Shown: positions 31,832 to 41,305, counted from the whole stretch's first letter. The stretch is DNA of 63,990 nt, filler included, from an uncultured bacterium (GCA_964371695.1; 5 parts of 5 records of this genome joined end to end with filler, not necessarily neighbours in it), one strand, 5' to 3'. The notes: generated by a model from the letters alone, not told the origin. Made by a program: numbers and translations.

Positions 31832-34495
31832 ATGACCGACGAAGTCCTGCATTTCACCGAGCGGGTCAAGGCCCACCGCCTGCGTTTTGAGCAGGAGGCG
31901 CTGATGCTGGCCCGCACCGCACCCCGGCGGGGACTGGGGCGGCGGCTGGTGCTGCAACACGGGCGGTTCATCAGCCGTCTGGTGCGGGACATGGCCCGCG
32001 CCGCCATTTCGGCGCAAGAGGACGACGCCCTGCAGAAACGCCTGATGGGCGAGGTGGCCGTGGCGCTCACCGGCGGCAGCGGACGGGCCGACGCCGGGCC
32101 TTACGGCGACGTGGACATCGCCATCATTCCCAAGGCCGACAGCGACTGGCTCTCTGGTTTTCTCGCCACGTTCTCGCACCTGTTGCGCGAGGTGGGCGAC
32201 AAGGCCCAGGTGAAGTTCAGTTGCCTTTACCGGCCCGTGAGTGAGTTCAAGCAGCTCGATCACGATTCGCAGACGGCGCTGTTGGACGCCCGTCTGGTGC
32301 TGGGCAGCGCCGCCACCTTCCGGGCCATGTGCCGTGCGGTGCGGCGTGATCTGGAAGTGCTGGATTTTGTGGACAGCCGTTACCGGCAATATCGCCACCT
32401 GCACCGCAAGTGGAACGAGACGGTGTTCAATCTGGAGCCGGACGTGAAAGAAAGCCCCGGCTGCCTGCGGGATTTCCAGTACACCCTGTGGATGACCCAG
32501 GCCACCTATGCCGTGGGGCGCGAAGACGTTTTCCGCACCCTGCTCACGCAGGAACTGGTGCGGCCCCAATATCTGCGGGCGGCGCGCCGGGCGCGGGATT
32601 TTCTGCTGGCGGTGCGGGTGTTGCTGCACCTGCGGGGCCAGAGCGAGAACAACCTGCTCACGCGCCCCGCCCAGCAGGGCATCGCCGAGTTGCTGGGGTT
32701 TGAGAACAAACCCGACCTCAGCGCCCAGGAACAGTTCATGGACGAGTTCTTTCGCCACACCGACACGCTTTATCGCACCTGCCGGCACATTCTGGACCGC
32801 CTCAAAGATCAGCCCAAGCGCCTGGAGCGGGGCGTGGACGTGGTGAGCGGCCGCCTGCACCTCAAAAGCGAAATTCGCCTTGAGAACGACCCGCCGCTGA
32901 TCATGCGGCTGTTTGGTTATGTGGCCACCCATGGCCTGCGCATGACCGGGGCGACTTATTCGGCGCTGGAAAACGCCGTGGTGCTGATTGACGACGACTT
33001 CCGGTCTGACGCCGCCGTGGGCCGGCAGTTTCTGGAAATCTTCCGCAAGCCCCACACCGTCAACGCCATCCGGCGCATGCTCATCACTGGCGTGCTGGAG
33101 GCGTATATGCCAGAGCTGAAAGGCGTGCAGTTCCGCATTCCCCGCGAAGGCGCGCACGTGCTCACGGTGGGCGAACATTCCCTGCGCACCCTCATGCTCA
33201 TCAAGCGCATCCGGGGGGGAGACGACATGGCGGACATCGGTTATCCCGCCGGGGATGACGGCGTGACTTTTCCGGCGCAAGTGATGGAAAAGGTGGACGG
33301 CAAGGGGTATCTGGCCATGGCCACCTGGCTGCACGACATTGGCAAACTGCACGACCCTGCGGAACACTGCATGAGCGGCGCGGCGCTGGTGCGGCGCATC
33401 ATGCGGCGCATGGGGTTTCGCAAAGACCGCGTGGAAGATGTGGTGTTTCTGGTGGAAAAACACCTGCTCATGCCCAGCACCAGCCGCAAATATCAGCTCG
33501 ACGAAAAAACCGTGCAGCGCATGACCGCCGCCTGTCAGGACCCAAACCCCGGCTACGCCATCAACCGCCTGCACATGCTCTATCTGCTCAGCCTCGCCGA
33601 CAGCATCGCCACCAACCCCCCCAACTGGGACAGCGTGAACCGCGTGCGGCTCGACGAGTTGTATCAGGCCACGCTGCGTTTTCTGGAAAAAGGCGAGCAC
33701 GACCAGGACGAAGCGGGGCGGCGGGCCGAAATCATCGAGTCGGTCAAGCGGGCTTACCGCCTGGCCACACAGGAGCCGGTGGCCGAGGAGGACATTCACC
33801 ACCACTGCGAAAACATGCCCCCCAGCTATCTGAACCTGTCCAGGGAGGCCATCGTGCGGCATTTGCAGATGGTGCGTGCGTTGCAGACGGGTGAGCAGCC
33901 GGTGGCGCTGTCGTTCAACCGCTACAAGGACGTGAATTTCAGTGAGCTGACCATCTGCATGGCCGACCCGGGGCCGGGGCTGCTGGCGCGCATCAGCGGC
34001 GCGCTTTATGCGGCGGGCGTGGACATCCACGACGCCGACATCTACACGCGCCAGGGTCACCCCAAAGTGGCGGTGGACATTCTCAAGATCACCTATTGCG
34101 ACGGCCCGGTGTTGTACGACTCTGACGAAGAACGCATCAGCGCCATGCTCATGGAGGTGCTCACGGGCCAGAGTTCGGTAGAGGAACTGCTGGCCCGCAA
34201 ACGCAAAAGCACCCCCACCACCGCCCTGCACAACGTGGTGGTGCGCAACGACCTCAGCGACAGCGCCACGGTGGTGGAAATCAGCACCAGCGACGACAAC
34301 GGCGTGTTGTATCTGCTCTCCAGCTTCTTTCAGCGGTTTGGTTACGACATTCACTACGCCAGCGCCGCACCCTGGACCCACGGGGCCTGCGACGTGTTTT
34401 ACATCACGCAGAACGGTGAAAAACTTTCAGACGAACGCAACCTGCGCCACCAGTTGTTGAGCTGGATCATGGCGAATGAATCGGTCATGGTGTGA
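31832..34495 (+). CDS. glnD: PII uridylyltransferase/uridylyl-removing enzyme
   Basis: GG.GR...PYGDVD, LEPDVKE.PG.LRD, HD motif LHDIGK, and two C-terminal ACT domains. Confidence 0.92.
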   Translation: MTDEVLHFTERVKAHRLRFEQEALMLARTAPRRGLGRRLVLQHGRFISRLVRDMARAAISAQEDDALQKRLMGEVAVALTGGSGRADAGPYGDVDIAIIPKADSDWLSGFLATFSHLLREVGDKAQVKFSCLYRPVSEFKQLDHDSQTALLDARLVLGSAATFRAMCRAVRRDLEVLDFVDSRYRQYRHLHRKWNETVFNLEPDVKESPGCLRDFQYTLWMTQATYAVGREDVFRTLLTQELVRPQYLRAARRARDFLLAVRVLLHLRGQSENNLLTRPAQQGIAELLGFENKPDLSAQEQFMDEFFRHTDTLYRTCRHILDRLKDQPKRLERGVDVVSGRLHLKSEIRLENDPPLIMRLFGYVATHGLRMTGATYSALENAVVLIDDDFRSDAAVGRQFLEIFRKPHTVNAIRRMLITGVLEAYMPELKGVQFRIPREGAHVLTVGEHSLRTLMLIKRIRGGDDMADIGYPAGDDGVTFPAQVMEKVDGKGYLAMATWLHDIGKLHDPAEHCMSGAALVRRIMRRMGFRKDRVEDVVFLVEKHLLMPSTSRKYQLDEKTVQRMTAACQDPNPGYAINRLHMLYLLSLADSIATNPPNWDSVNRVRLDELYQATLRFLEKGEHDQDEAGRRAEIIESVKRAYRLATQEPVAEEDIHHHCENMPPSYLNLSREAIVRHLQMVRALQTGEQPVALSFNRYKDVNFSELTICMADPGPGLLARISGALYAAGVDIHDADIYTRQGHPKVAVDILKITYCDGPVLYDSDEERISAMLMEVLTGQSSVEELLARKRKSTPTTALHNVVVRNDLSDSATVVEISTSDDNGVLYLLSSFFQRFGYDIHYASAAPWTHGACDVFYITQNGEKLSDERNLRHQLLSWIMANESVMV

Positions 34496-35016
34496 AGGAA
34501 GCACGCGTGGTGAAGAGACGTTTTATTTCAGGAGCAGGCCGCAGGAAAACACTTTGCCTGGGCCTGTTGCTGGCGCTCTCTCTCGTGGCGCAGCCCGCGC
34601 AGGCCAAAAGCAACGAAGACCTGCTGGCTACACTGGAACGCGTGGTGAACCTGACGGGGGAATACATGGACCTGCTGGATCAGCCCGACCCGGACGTGGT
34701 GTTGCTGGGGTCCATCGCCCAGGAGCTGACGGGGTATCAGCTTTCGAGCTGGAGCGCCCTGCAGCAGGCCGACCAGAAAAAACAGAAGCTGGAGCCAGAC
34801 GAGTTTGGCACCCACCTTTATATTCTCAGTCTTTCCAGCGCCGTCACGGCGGGACTGAGCTGGACGTGGTTCAGCGACACCGACGTGGCCAGGGACATCG
34901 AAAAAAAGGGCCAGTGGAAAACCGCCACCGAACTGGGCATTGAAGAAGTGGGTCAGTTTTTGACCGAGGCGGGTTTTGTGCTGTTTTCAGCCACGGCTGA
35001 AAAAGTGAAGGAATAA
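34492..35016 (+). CDS. secreted hypothetical protein
   Basis: Signal peptide ..AQPAQA; start overlaps the glnD stop. Confidence 0.7.
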   Translation: MKEARVVKRRFISGAGRRKTLCLGLLLALSLVAQPAQAKSNEDLLATLERVVNLTGEYMDLLDQPDPDVVLLGSIAQELTGYQLSSWSALQQADQKKQKLEPDEFGTHLYILSLSSAVTAGLSWTWFSDTDVARDIEKKGQWKTATELGIEEVGQFLTEAGFVLFSATAEKVKE

Positions 35017-35041
35017 CAAAGTGCTGTGAAGCACTCGGCCA

Positions 35042-35224
35042 AAAGCCTGTTTATCGGGTCTGTCCCAGACTTGATAACCCAGCGCCTTCAGGGGCGAAGC
35101 CCTTTGGTGTGGCGAAGCCCTTCGCTTTTTCAAAGCCCCGGTTTGCATCTGCGGGCCATTCAAGCCGCAGCGCGCCCAACAAAACCAGTTTTGTCAGGGG
35201 CGCTGAATCTGGTATAAACAGGGG
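35042..35224 (+). mobile_element. MITE-like multi-hairpin element, diverged copy
   Basis: AGCCTGTTT...AAACAGG ends; core cgccttcaggggcgaagccc..tggcgaa..tttttcaaagc shared with other copies. Confidence 0.7.
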
Positions 35225-35235
35225 GTAGTACCCAC

Positions 35236-35319
35236 GCCGAAGTGGTGGAATTGGTAGACACACCATCTTGAGGGGGTGGCGGGCGCAAGCCTGTGCCGGT
35301 TCGAGTCCGGCCTTCGGCA
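35236..35319 (+). tRNA. tRNA-Leu (GAG)
   Basis: Acceptor GCCGAAG/CTTCGGC, D-loop GGAATTGGTAGAC, anticodon arm CCATC-TTGAGGG-GGTGG, long variable arm, GGTTCGAGTCC; CCA not encoded. Confidence 0.96.
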
Positions 35320-35364
35320 CGAAAAAAACATCCTTTGTATCCAGGCAACGGGCAGATTCGCTCA

Positions 35365-35569
35365 AGAATCTGTTTATAAAGTCCGTCGTGGACTGTATAA
35401 ACCCAACGCCCACCGGGGCAAAGCTCCTTCGGCGTGGCGAAAACCTCAACTTTTTCAAAGTTTCGGCTTTCGGATGCGGTCGCTATCGCCTTTGCTCGGC
35501 CAGATGCCCCAATGGGCATCTGGAAAGACTCCTCGCAAACTCATGCCCGCAAGAGCCCATTCGGGCTCT
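35365..35569 (+). mobile_element. MITE-like multi-hairpin element
   Basis: agaatctgtttataaagtccgtcgtggact..ggggcaaagc..ggcgtggcgaaaacc..tttttcaaag..gcccgcaagagccc. Confidence 0.75.
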
Positions 35570-35589
35570 CAGGCTTTACAATCCCCACC

Positions 35590-36651
35590 TTGAAACTTTT
35601 CACCGTTATCGGGGCGCGGCCCCAGTTCATCAAGGCCGCCGCCGTAAGCCGGGCGCTTGGCCCCCTGGGGGTGGAAGAAGTGCTGGTGCACACCGGCCAG
35701 CACTACGACGCCGCCATGAGCGACGTGTTTTTTGACGAGCTGGAAATTCCTGCCCCCAGGTGGAATCTGGCGGTGGGCAGCGGTGGCCACGGCGCGCAAA
35801 CGGGCCGCATGATGGAAAAGCTGGAAGAAACCCTGCTGGCGGAAAAACCCGATCGTGTGCTGGTGTATGGCGACACCAACAGCACCCTAGCGGGGGCGCT
35901 GGTGGCGGCCAAGTGTCACGTGCCCGTGGCCCATGTCGAGGCGGGCCTGCGCAGCTTTAACCGCGCCATGCCCGAAGAAATCAACCGCGTGCTCACCGAT
36001 CACCTGAGCGACCTGCTGTTTTGCCCCGGCGCGCACGCCGTGGAAAACCTGAAGGCCGAGGGCATCACCCAGGGGGTGCGGGTGGTGGGCGACGTGATGG
36101 CCGACGCCCTGGCGTTTGCCCGGCAAAAAAACCAGGGGCGCAACACCGTGGCCGAGGGGCTGGGGCTTGCGCCGGGCGGATATCTGCTGGCCACCGTGCA
36201 CCGGGCCGAAAACACTGACGACCCGGCGCGTCTGGCGGGGATTCTGGATGCCTTTGCCCAGGCCGGTGAGCCGGTGGTTTTTCCGGTGCATCCGCGCACC
36301 CGCAAACACCTGACTGGTCTTGCGCCGGGTGGGGACATCCGCCTGATCGATCCGGTGGGTTATCTGGATATGGCGGGCCTGCTGGCGGGGGCGCGCATGG
36401 CGCTCACCGACAGCGGCGGTCTGCAAAAAGAGGCCTACTGGCTCAAGGTGCCCTGCCTCACGCTGCGCAGCGAAACCGAGTGGGTGGAAACCGTGGAAAT
36501 GGGCTGGAACGTGGTGACCGGTGTGGACACGGCCCGCATTCTCGCGGCCATCACGTCGTTCCGGCCCCCATCCGCGCACCCGCCCCTTTACACACACGGC
36601 GCGGGGGCGGCGGACATCGCCCAGGCGCTGGTGCAGGCCCATGGGAGATAA
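35590..36651 (+). CDS. wecB: UDP-N-acetylglucosamine 2-epimerase (non-hydrolysing; WecB/WbpI type)
   Basis: GARPQFIK, HTGQHYD, YGDTNST, HVEAGLRS..MPEE.NR, TDSGGLQKEA. Confidence 0.92.
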   Translation: MKLFTVIGARPQFIKAAAVSRALGPLGVEEVLVHTGQHYDAAMSDVFFDELEIPAPRWNLAVGSGGHGAQTGRMMEKLEETLLAEKPDRVLVYGDTNSTLAGALVAAKCHVPVAHVEAGLRSFNRAMPEEINRVLTDHLSDLLFCPGAHAVENLKAEGITQGVRVVGDVMADALAFARQKNQGRNTVAEGLGLAPGGYLLATVHRAENTDDPARLAGILDAFAQAGEPVVFPVHPRTRKHLTGLAPGGDIRLIDPVGYLDMAGLLAGARMALTDSGGLQKEAYWLKVPCLTLRSETEWVETVEMGWNVVTGVDTARILAAITSFRPPSAHPPLYTHGAGAADIAQALVQAHGR

Positions 36652-36683
36652 AAAGAGCGGAGTAATAATATTTGCATGCAGGA

Positions 36684-36741
36684 GTAGCGGCGATGTCCTC
36701 ATCGCCGTGTCCCTGAAGCGCGGTGGGGACACCGCGCCTAC
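36684..36741. repeat. inverted doublet of GTAG-type REP palindromes
   Basis: GTAG-CGGCGATG-TCCT-CATCGCCG plus an inverted GTAG-GCGCGGTG-TCCC-CACCGCGC. Confidence 0.8.
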
Positions 36742-36776
36742 TCCCCCAAAAGGTCAAGACATCTGACACTTCCCCC

Positions 36777-37946
36777 ATGAACACCCCTGAGCCAATCGTG
36801 TGCCTGCATCTGTTCAGTTCCTCGTCGCTGGGAGGCACCGAGGTGATCTGCGCCCAGGCCCTGGGGGCATTGGACCCCCAGCGTTTTCGGCATCACGTGG
36901 TGTTTCTGGACACCCCCGGCCCCGCTGTGCCGAGGTACGAAACCTTTGCCGCCAGTGTTCGGTGTCTCAGGGTCGGGGAAAAAAGCCGTCTGGGTTTGCT
37001 GGGCCATCTGCCCGCCCTCCAGAAAATTGCCGCCGCCACCCACCCCCGGCTGGTGCTGGCTTATGGTTTCAAAACCAACCTGCTGTGGCGGCTGGCGCGC
37101 TGGCGTTATCCCGCCCCGCGCCAGCCCGTTTATGGCCTGATGCTGCGGGGCCTCAAACCCATGGACAACCCCACGGCGCTCTCGGTGGTGCTGGACAAAC
37201 TGACCTTTGGCGCGGTGGACGTGGTGATTGCCAACAGTCAGGCGGCGCTGAAGGGTCTGGCGCAGGCGGGTTATCACCTGCCCTGCACCGCCGTGGCCTA
37301 TAACGGCCTGGACTTGACCCCGTTCATCAGTCAGCTCCCCAAACCAGCGCTGCGGGGCGCGCTGGGCCTGGAACCGGAGGCTTTTTATGTCCTGTGTGTG
37401 GCCAACCTGCGGCCCGTGAAAAATCACCCGTTGCTCATCCGCGCCTTTGGCCGTCTGGCGGCGCAGCACCCCGCAGCCCGGCTGTTGCTGGCGGGTCAGG
37501 AAACCCCGGCGCTGGCAGGCCTGAAACAGCAGGCGGCGGACCTGGGGCTGGCAGGGAAAATCAGCTTTCTGGGGTCACGCACGGACATCCCCGCGCTGCT
37601 CGCGGCAAGCGACCTGTTTGTGCTTTCCTCAGACCACGAGGGGATGCAGGTGTCGGTGATGGAAGCCATGGCGGCGGGCCTGCCCGTGGTGGCCACCGCC
37701 GGGGGGGGCACGCCGGAACTGGTGGTGGCGGGCGAAACCGGCCTGCTGGTGAAGCCGGGCGACGAAGCCGCCCTGGCCGCCGCCATGGTGCGTTATGCAG
37801 TCAGCCCTGAGTTGCGCCAGCAACACGGCGCGGCGGGACAGCAGCGTGTGCGCCAGCACTTCAGCCTGAGCGCCATGGCCCGGTTATGGACAGAGGCGCT
37901 GGAACGGGCGGCAGGGCCTTACCCCCCCTGCTTGCCGCCTACATAA
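36777..37946 (+). CDS. glycosyltransferase family 4 (GT-B)
   Basis: VANLRPVKNH, DLFVLSS.HEG...SVMEAMAAGLPVVAT..GG.PE. Confidence 0.92.
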   Translation: MNTPEPIVCLHLFSSSSLGGTEVICAQALGALDPQRFRHHVVFLDTPGPAVPRYETFAASVRCLRVGEKSRLGLLGHLPALQKIAAATHPRLVLAYGFKTNLLWRLARWRYPAPRQPVYGLMLRGLKPMDNPTALSVVLDKLTFGAVDVVIANSQAALKGLAQAGYHLPCTAVAYNGLDLTPFISQLPKPALRGALGLEPEAFYVLCVANLRPVKNHPLLIRAFGRLAAQHPAARLLLAGQETPALAGLKQQAADLGLAGKISFLGSRTDIPALLAASDLFVLSSDHEGMQVSVMEAMAAGLPVVATAGGGTPELVVAGETGLLVKPGDEAALAAAMVRYAVSPELRQQHGAAGQQRVRQHFSLSAMARLWTEALERAAGPYPPCLPPT

Positions 37947-38851
37947 AGCAGCCATTGCCGCCAGTTGGCGCCGGTGGCGGTCTGTTGATAGGTGCGCAGG
38001 GTTTTCCACACCGTTTCATAACGTTTTTCGGTTGCGGGAATGAAATGCAGCCCCACCAGTTTCATGAGGGCGTGATATTGCGCAAAACGCCTGTCGTAAT
38101 GAGCGGCGTAAAGCAGTTTGCCCATCATCTGCCGATGCGCCATGGGCACCCGACGGTTGACCATAAAAGGCGCGGTGGGCTGGGGTTTGCCGCAGGCCAG
38201 AGTCTTCAGGTTTTTCACGGGGCCGGGGTTTGTTTTTTTGAGGAACATCACGGTGTCCTGGCTCAGAAACCCCACATCGGCTTCTCCCAGTGAGAGGGCG
38301 TAGAGAATGCTGAGCTGGTTGGGCGAGGGCTTGAGCTGGCGAAAAAACTGCGTGGGCGGCTGGCCCACCAGTTTTTCGAGCTGCACAAACTGGTTGAACG
38401 ACGTGGCCAGCGTGGCCCGTTGGTTTTTAAGGTCTCCCATGGTTTTGAAATTGCTTTTGATGGGCACCATCAGACACGAGGGCCATGCGTCTTTGCTCAT
38501 GAAGGTGTGGCTGGACATGACGCTGTAGTGGCCCGTATCTTTTGCCAGCAGGCTTGGCTCGGCCTCGTTGGTGTACAAAAAGGAGGCCTCTTCCCGCTCC
38601 AGCGCCGCCGCCAGCGCATTGGTGTCGGGATAGTGTTTGAGCGACAGCGTAAAAGCCAGGGGCTGGGCTTGAATTTTGGCCAGCAGGTGGCCCAGCATGG
38701 TTTTGATCTGGGCTTCGTATTCGCGCCCGTTGTTGATGTAGAGCGCCACCACATAGTGGGGCTTGGCGGCTTTTGTGGCTGCCCAGGCACAGCCCAGGCC
38801 CGGCAGCAGGGCCAGCAGCAGGGCGGTTGTGTGCAGCGCCCGGCGGCTCAC
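37919..38851 (-). CDS. PhnD/SsuA-like periplasmic substrate-binding protein
   Basis: Signal peptide; LMVP..S.F.T..DLKN.R, ALSLGEADVG, and P.APF.V pattern. Confidence 0.7.
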   Translation of the reverse strand: MSRRALHTTALLLALLPGLGCAWAATKAAKPHYVVALYINNGREYEAQIKTMLGHLLAKIQAQPLAFTLSLKHYPDTNALAAALEREEASFLYTNEAEPSLLAKDTGHYSVMSSHTFMSKDAWPSCLMVPIKSNFKTMGDLKNQRATLATSFNQFVQLEKLVGQPPTQFFRQLKPSPNQLSILYALSLGEADVGFLSQDTVMFLKKTNPGPVKNLKTLACGKPQPTAPFMVNRRVPMAHRQMMGKLLYAAHYDRRFAQYHALMKLVGLHFIPATEKRYETVWKTLRTYQQTATGANWRQWLLYVGGKQGG

Positions 38852-39027
38852 GTTTTCCCCTCTGCCCCGCCGCGCTGGCCGGGCCATTCGCGGTCGAGTT
38901 TTTCCGTCACGGCGTCCTCCACCCACTCGCTCACGGTGCGACCCAGGCGCTCGCAGTGCTGGCTCACCAGACGGTGCAGGTGCGCATGAATTTTCACGTC
39001 TGTCTTGGGAGGACGGTTTTGAAGCAC
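38848..39027 (-). CDS. 59-aa ribbon-helix-helix-like protein (not in the ORF track)
   Basis: GTG..MLQNRPPKTDVKIHAHLHRLVSQHCERLGRTVSEWVEDAVTEKLDREWPGQRGGAEGKT*; the stop overlaps the next GTG (GTGA). Confidence 0.7.
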   Translation of the reverse strand: MLQNRPPKTDVKIHAHLHRLVSQHCERLGRTVSEWVEDAVTEKLDREWPGQRGGAEGKT

Positions 39028-39050
39028 CGGCTTATTTTACCCAGCTTTCA

Positions 39051-39839
39051 TCAACCTGCCTTCACTTGCACCAACAGCGCCGAAACCGCCAGCACGGCAG
39101 CGAAGCTGCGGCGCAGCCAGACCTCTGGCAGGCGCTGTCGCAGCCACAGGCCCAACGGCACACCCAGCAGGCCACCCCCCACCAGCACCGCCATGGCCTT
39201 CAGGCCATGCACCGGCAACGCCCCAAACAACAGATGCGCCCCCAGCGCCCACAGGCCGTTGAACAGAATCAGCACCGCACTGATGCGCGCCGCCGGGCCG
39301 GTGCAGTAACCAAATAAAAACACCAGCAGCGGCACCGCCAGAAATCCCCCGCCCACGCCCAGCAGGCCGCTCATGAAACCCAGCCCCAGGCCCATGAACA
39401 AGGCGGTGGCATCGAGGCGGCGGGTTTCTTCGCCCCCTTCCAGTTCCGCGCAGGGGGCGGGTTTGCGCACCATGCGCCACGCCGCCCACAGCACCACCGG
39501 TACAAACAGCACCCCCAGGGCCGCCGGGGGCAACTGGTGGTTGAGCCACGCGCCCCCCAGCGCGCCGGGCACACCGGGCAGCGCCAGCATCAGGGCCGTC
39601 ATCAGGCGCACGCGGTTTTGAGCGGGGGTGCTCACCCGCATGTCCATGGCGCTCACCATCAGCCCCATGCACACCACCATCACGGGGGCCACCGCCATGG
39701 CCTGGGGCAGGGGCAGCCGCGCCAGAAACACCAGCGCCGGAATACTCAGCACCGCCCCGCCCGCCCCCACCGCGCCAAAACCCAGGCCAATGAGCGCACC
39801 CATCGCCGCCAGCGCGGCAATCAGAACAGGTTGGGGCAT
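39051..39839 (-). CDS. TauE/SafE sulfite exporter family membrane protein
   Basis: Duplicated G..G.GG..L.P motif (GAVGAGGAVLSIP; SGLLGVGGGFLAVP); multiple TM helices. Confidence 0.88.
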   Translation of the reverse strand: MPQPVLIAALAAMGALIGLGFGAVGAGGAVLSIPALVFLARLPLPQAMAVAPVMVVCMGLMVSAMDMRVSTPAQNRVRLMTALMLALPGVPGALGGAWLNHQLPPAALGVLFVPVVLWAAWRMVRKPAPCAELEGGEETRRLDATALFMGLGLGFMSGLLGVGGGFLAVPLLVFLFGYCTGPAARISAVLILFNGLWALGAHLLFGALPVHGLKAMAVLVGGGLLGVPLGLWLRQRLPEVWLRRSFAAVLAVSALLVQVKAG

Positions 39840-39878
39840 TGGTTCATTCTATTTCCGCCGAGGTGGTTTCTGCCTCAG

Positions 39879-39921
39879 CGGCTGTTCAAAAAGTCCACGA
39901 CGGACTTTTAAAACAGGTTCT
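39879..39921 (-). mobile_element. minimal or truncated copy of the MITE-like element
   Basis: ctgttcaaaaagtccacgacggacttttaaaacaggttct, abutting the TAA stop of the MBL gene. Confidence 0.7.
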
Positions 39922-40643
39922 TATTCCAACACGATGCCCTGCTGCTCGGCATATTCCTGCCACGTGCAGTGGCGGGCGGCGGCCAGACTTTCCTGCAATT
40001 TTTCGGGCAGGTCCAGACCCAGGTTGGCCATCACTTCTACAAAGGCGTCTTCACCCGGCAGTTTCAGCCGGTCGTTCAGGCGCTTCACCTCGGCCATGGT
40101 GAGGAACGTCAGGCCCCGGTAATCGTGTCCCGGGTACACCATCGTGTCGTCCGGCAGGGCGGCCAGACGCATCAGGCTTTTCCACAGCGCCCGTGGGTCG
40201 CCGCCGGGAAAATCCGTGCGCCCGCAGGTTTTCAGCAGCAGCGTGTCGCCGGTGAACACCACGCCGGGGCCATGCACCACCACGTGTTCGGGGGTGTGGC
40301 CGGGGGCTTCGTGAACGTGCAGGGTGTGTTCACCCAGTTCCAGTGTGTCGCCTTCTTTCAGCCCCTGTGTCATGCAGGGGGCCGTGGCGGCGTGGTGACG
40401 CCACAGGGCGCAGCCGGTGCGCTCTATCAGGGCCGGGGCGGCGGTGACGTGATCGGCGTGGCCGTGGGTGTCCAGCGCCGCTTTGAGGGTGTAACCGTAA
40501 TTTTCCAGCGCCTTGAGATAACGCGGCACGTCTTCAATCTTCGGGTCTATGAGCATGGCCTGACCGGTGGCGGGGCAGGCCAGCAGCCAAGCAATACACC
40601 CGCCGTGTTTGAGCGGCTCAATGTGCAGGGGAAGTGTGGGCAT
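39921..40643 (-). CDS. MBL-fold metallohydrolase, persulfide dioxygenase (ETHE1)-like
   Basis: DTHGHADH, PGHT, FTGDTL...CGRTDF, YPGHDY, and a C-terminal Cys. Confidence 0.85.
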   Translation of the reverse strand: MPTLPLHIEPLKHGGCIAWLLACPATGQAMLIDPKIEDVPRYLKALENYGYTLKAALDTHGHADHVTAAPALIERTGCALWRHHAATAPCMTQGLKEGDTLELGEHTLHVHEAPGHTPEHVVVHGPGVVFTGDTLLLKTCGRTDFPGGDPRALWKSLMRLAALPDDTMVYPGHDYRGLTFLTMAEVKRLNDRLKLPGEDAFVEVMANLGLDLPEKLQESLAAARHCTWQEYAEQQGIVLE

Positions 40644-40652
40644 GAAAGAATT

Positions 40653-40682
40653 TTAACAGGGTGTTGGTCAGCCTCCTGTCAA
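40653..40682. repeat. imperfect 30-bp palindrome homologous to 23991-24020
   Basis: ttaacagggtgttggtcagcctcctgtcaa versus ttaacagggtgttgataagcaccctgttaa. Confidence 0.6.
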
Positions 40683-40867
40683 TGCAGCCACGTGGTCTGG
40701 GTCTGATCCACCCACACTTCTTCCAGTTCGCATTTCGATAAGTGGCTGATGCCCAGAAGGCTGAGGATGGTGCCCGCGGGGGCCAGCAGCTTGCCGTCCA
40801 CGCTGTAGGTGTCCTGGGCCACCACCATGCCCGGTTTCAGTTCTTCGATGCGCAGGATTTCTTCCAT
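40679..40867 (-). CDS. 62-aa stand-alone module resembling the N-terminal domain of HD-GYP proteins
   Basis: IEELKPGMVVAQDTYSVDGKLLAPAGTILS...HL......VWV; AAGGAG RBS upstream. Confidence 0.75.
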   Translation of the reverse strand: MEEILRIEELKPGMVVAQDTYSVDGKLLAPAGTILSLLGISHLSKCELEEVWVDQTQTTWLH

Positions 40868-40922
40868 GATGCTGCTCCTTTTAAACGAGGTGGGTGTGGA
40901 GGACCAAGACAAGGACTGCCAT

Positions 40923-40939
40923 AGCAATTTTTTTGCCAA
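40923..40939 (-). promoter_or_regulatory. sigma54 (-24/-12) promoter
   Basis: Minus strand TTGGCAAAAAAATTGCT has exact GG-N10-GC spacing, ~55 nt upstream of the ATG at 40867. Confidence 0.65.
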
Positions 40940-41305
40940 CCTTGTGACCAGAATGTTTCCGCTTTGGGCTAAATCAAGAGATTTCATTCCAAAAACCGCC
41001 AAAAAGGATTGGGCAAGGTGCTTTTTTGTGACGAGTGCCACAAAAATGGGGCGTTTGGGGAGACAAAAAAGACAGTTTTTTTACGGTTTATTCATCCGTT
41101 ATTTTTTTACTTCTTCGGATAATTTCAAGGAAAGGGAAAAAAAACGGCCAATTTCGTCTGTTTTTTGACAAACTCGGCAACTGCCTGCGGATTTTTGTCA
41201 TTTTTGCTGCGCCTGCGCTCACGCCAAGGCGCGAGTCGTCAAAAAACAGGCGAATCGGTGCTGGTATCTGGATTCATGCATTTTTCCACACTTTGAGAAA
41301 CTTCC

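Noticed and set aside
31652-34381. 909-aa antisense ORF and other long antisense ORFs (e.g. 25197-27329, 3040-4464)
   Set aside because: Shadow ORFs of high-GC genes, lying opposite recognisable proteins and lacking motifs.
35400-35470. c-di-GMP-I riboswitch (GGCAAA motif)
   Set aside because: Lacks the required P1/P2/P3 consensus and is part of the multicopy TIR-bounded element.
35434-35589. N-terminal extension of the epimerase ORF
   Set aside because: It is an open frame running through the repeat element. Family similarity begins at the TTG at 35590.
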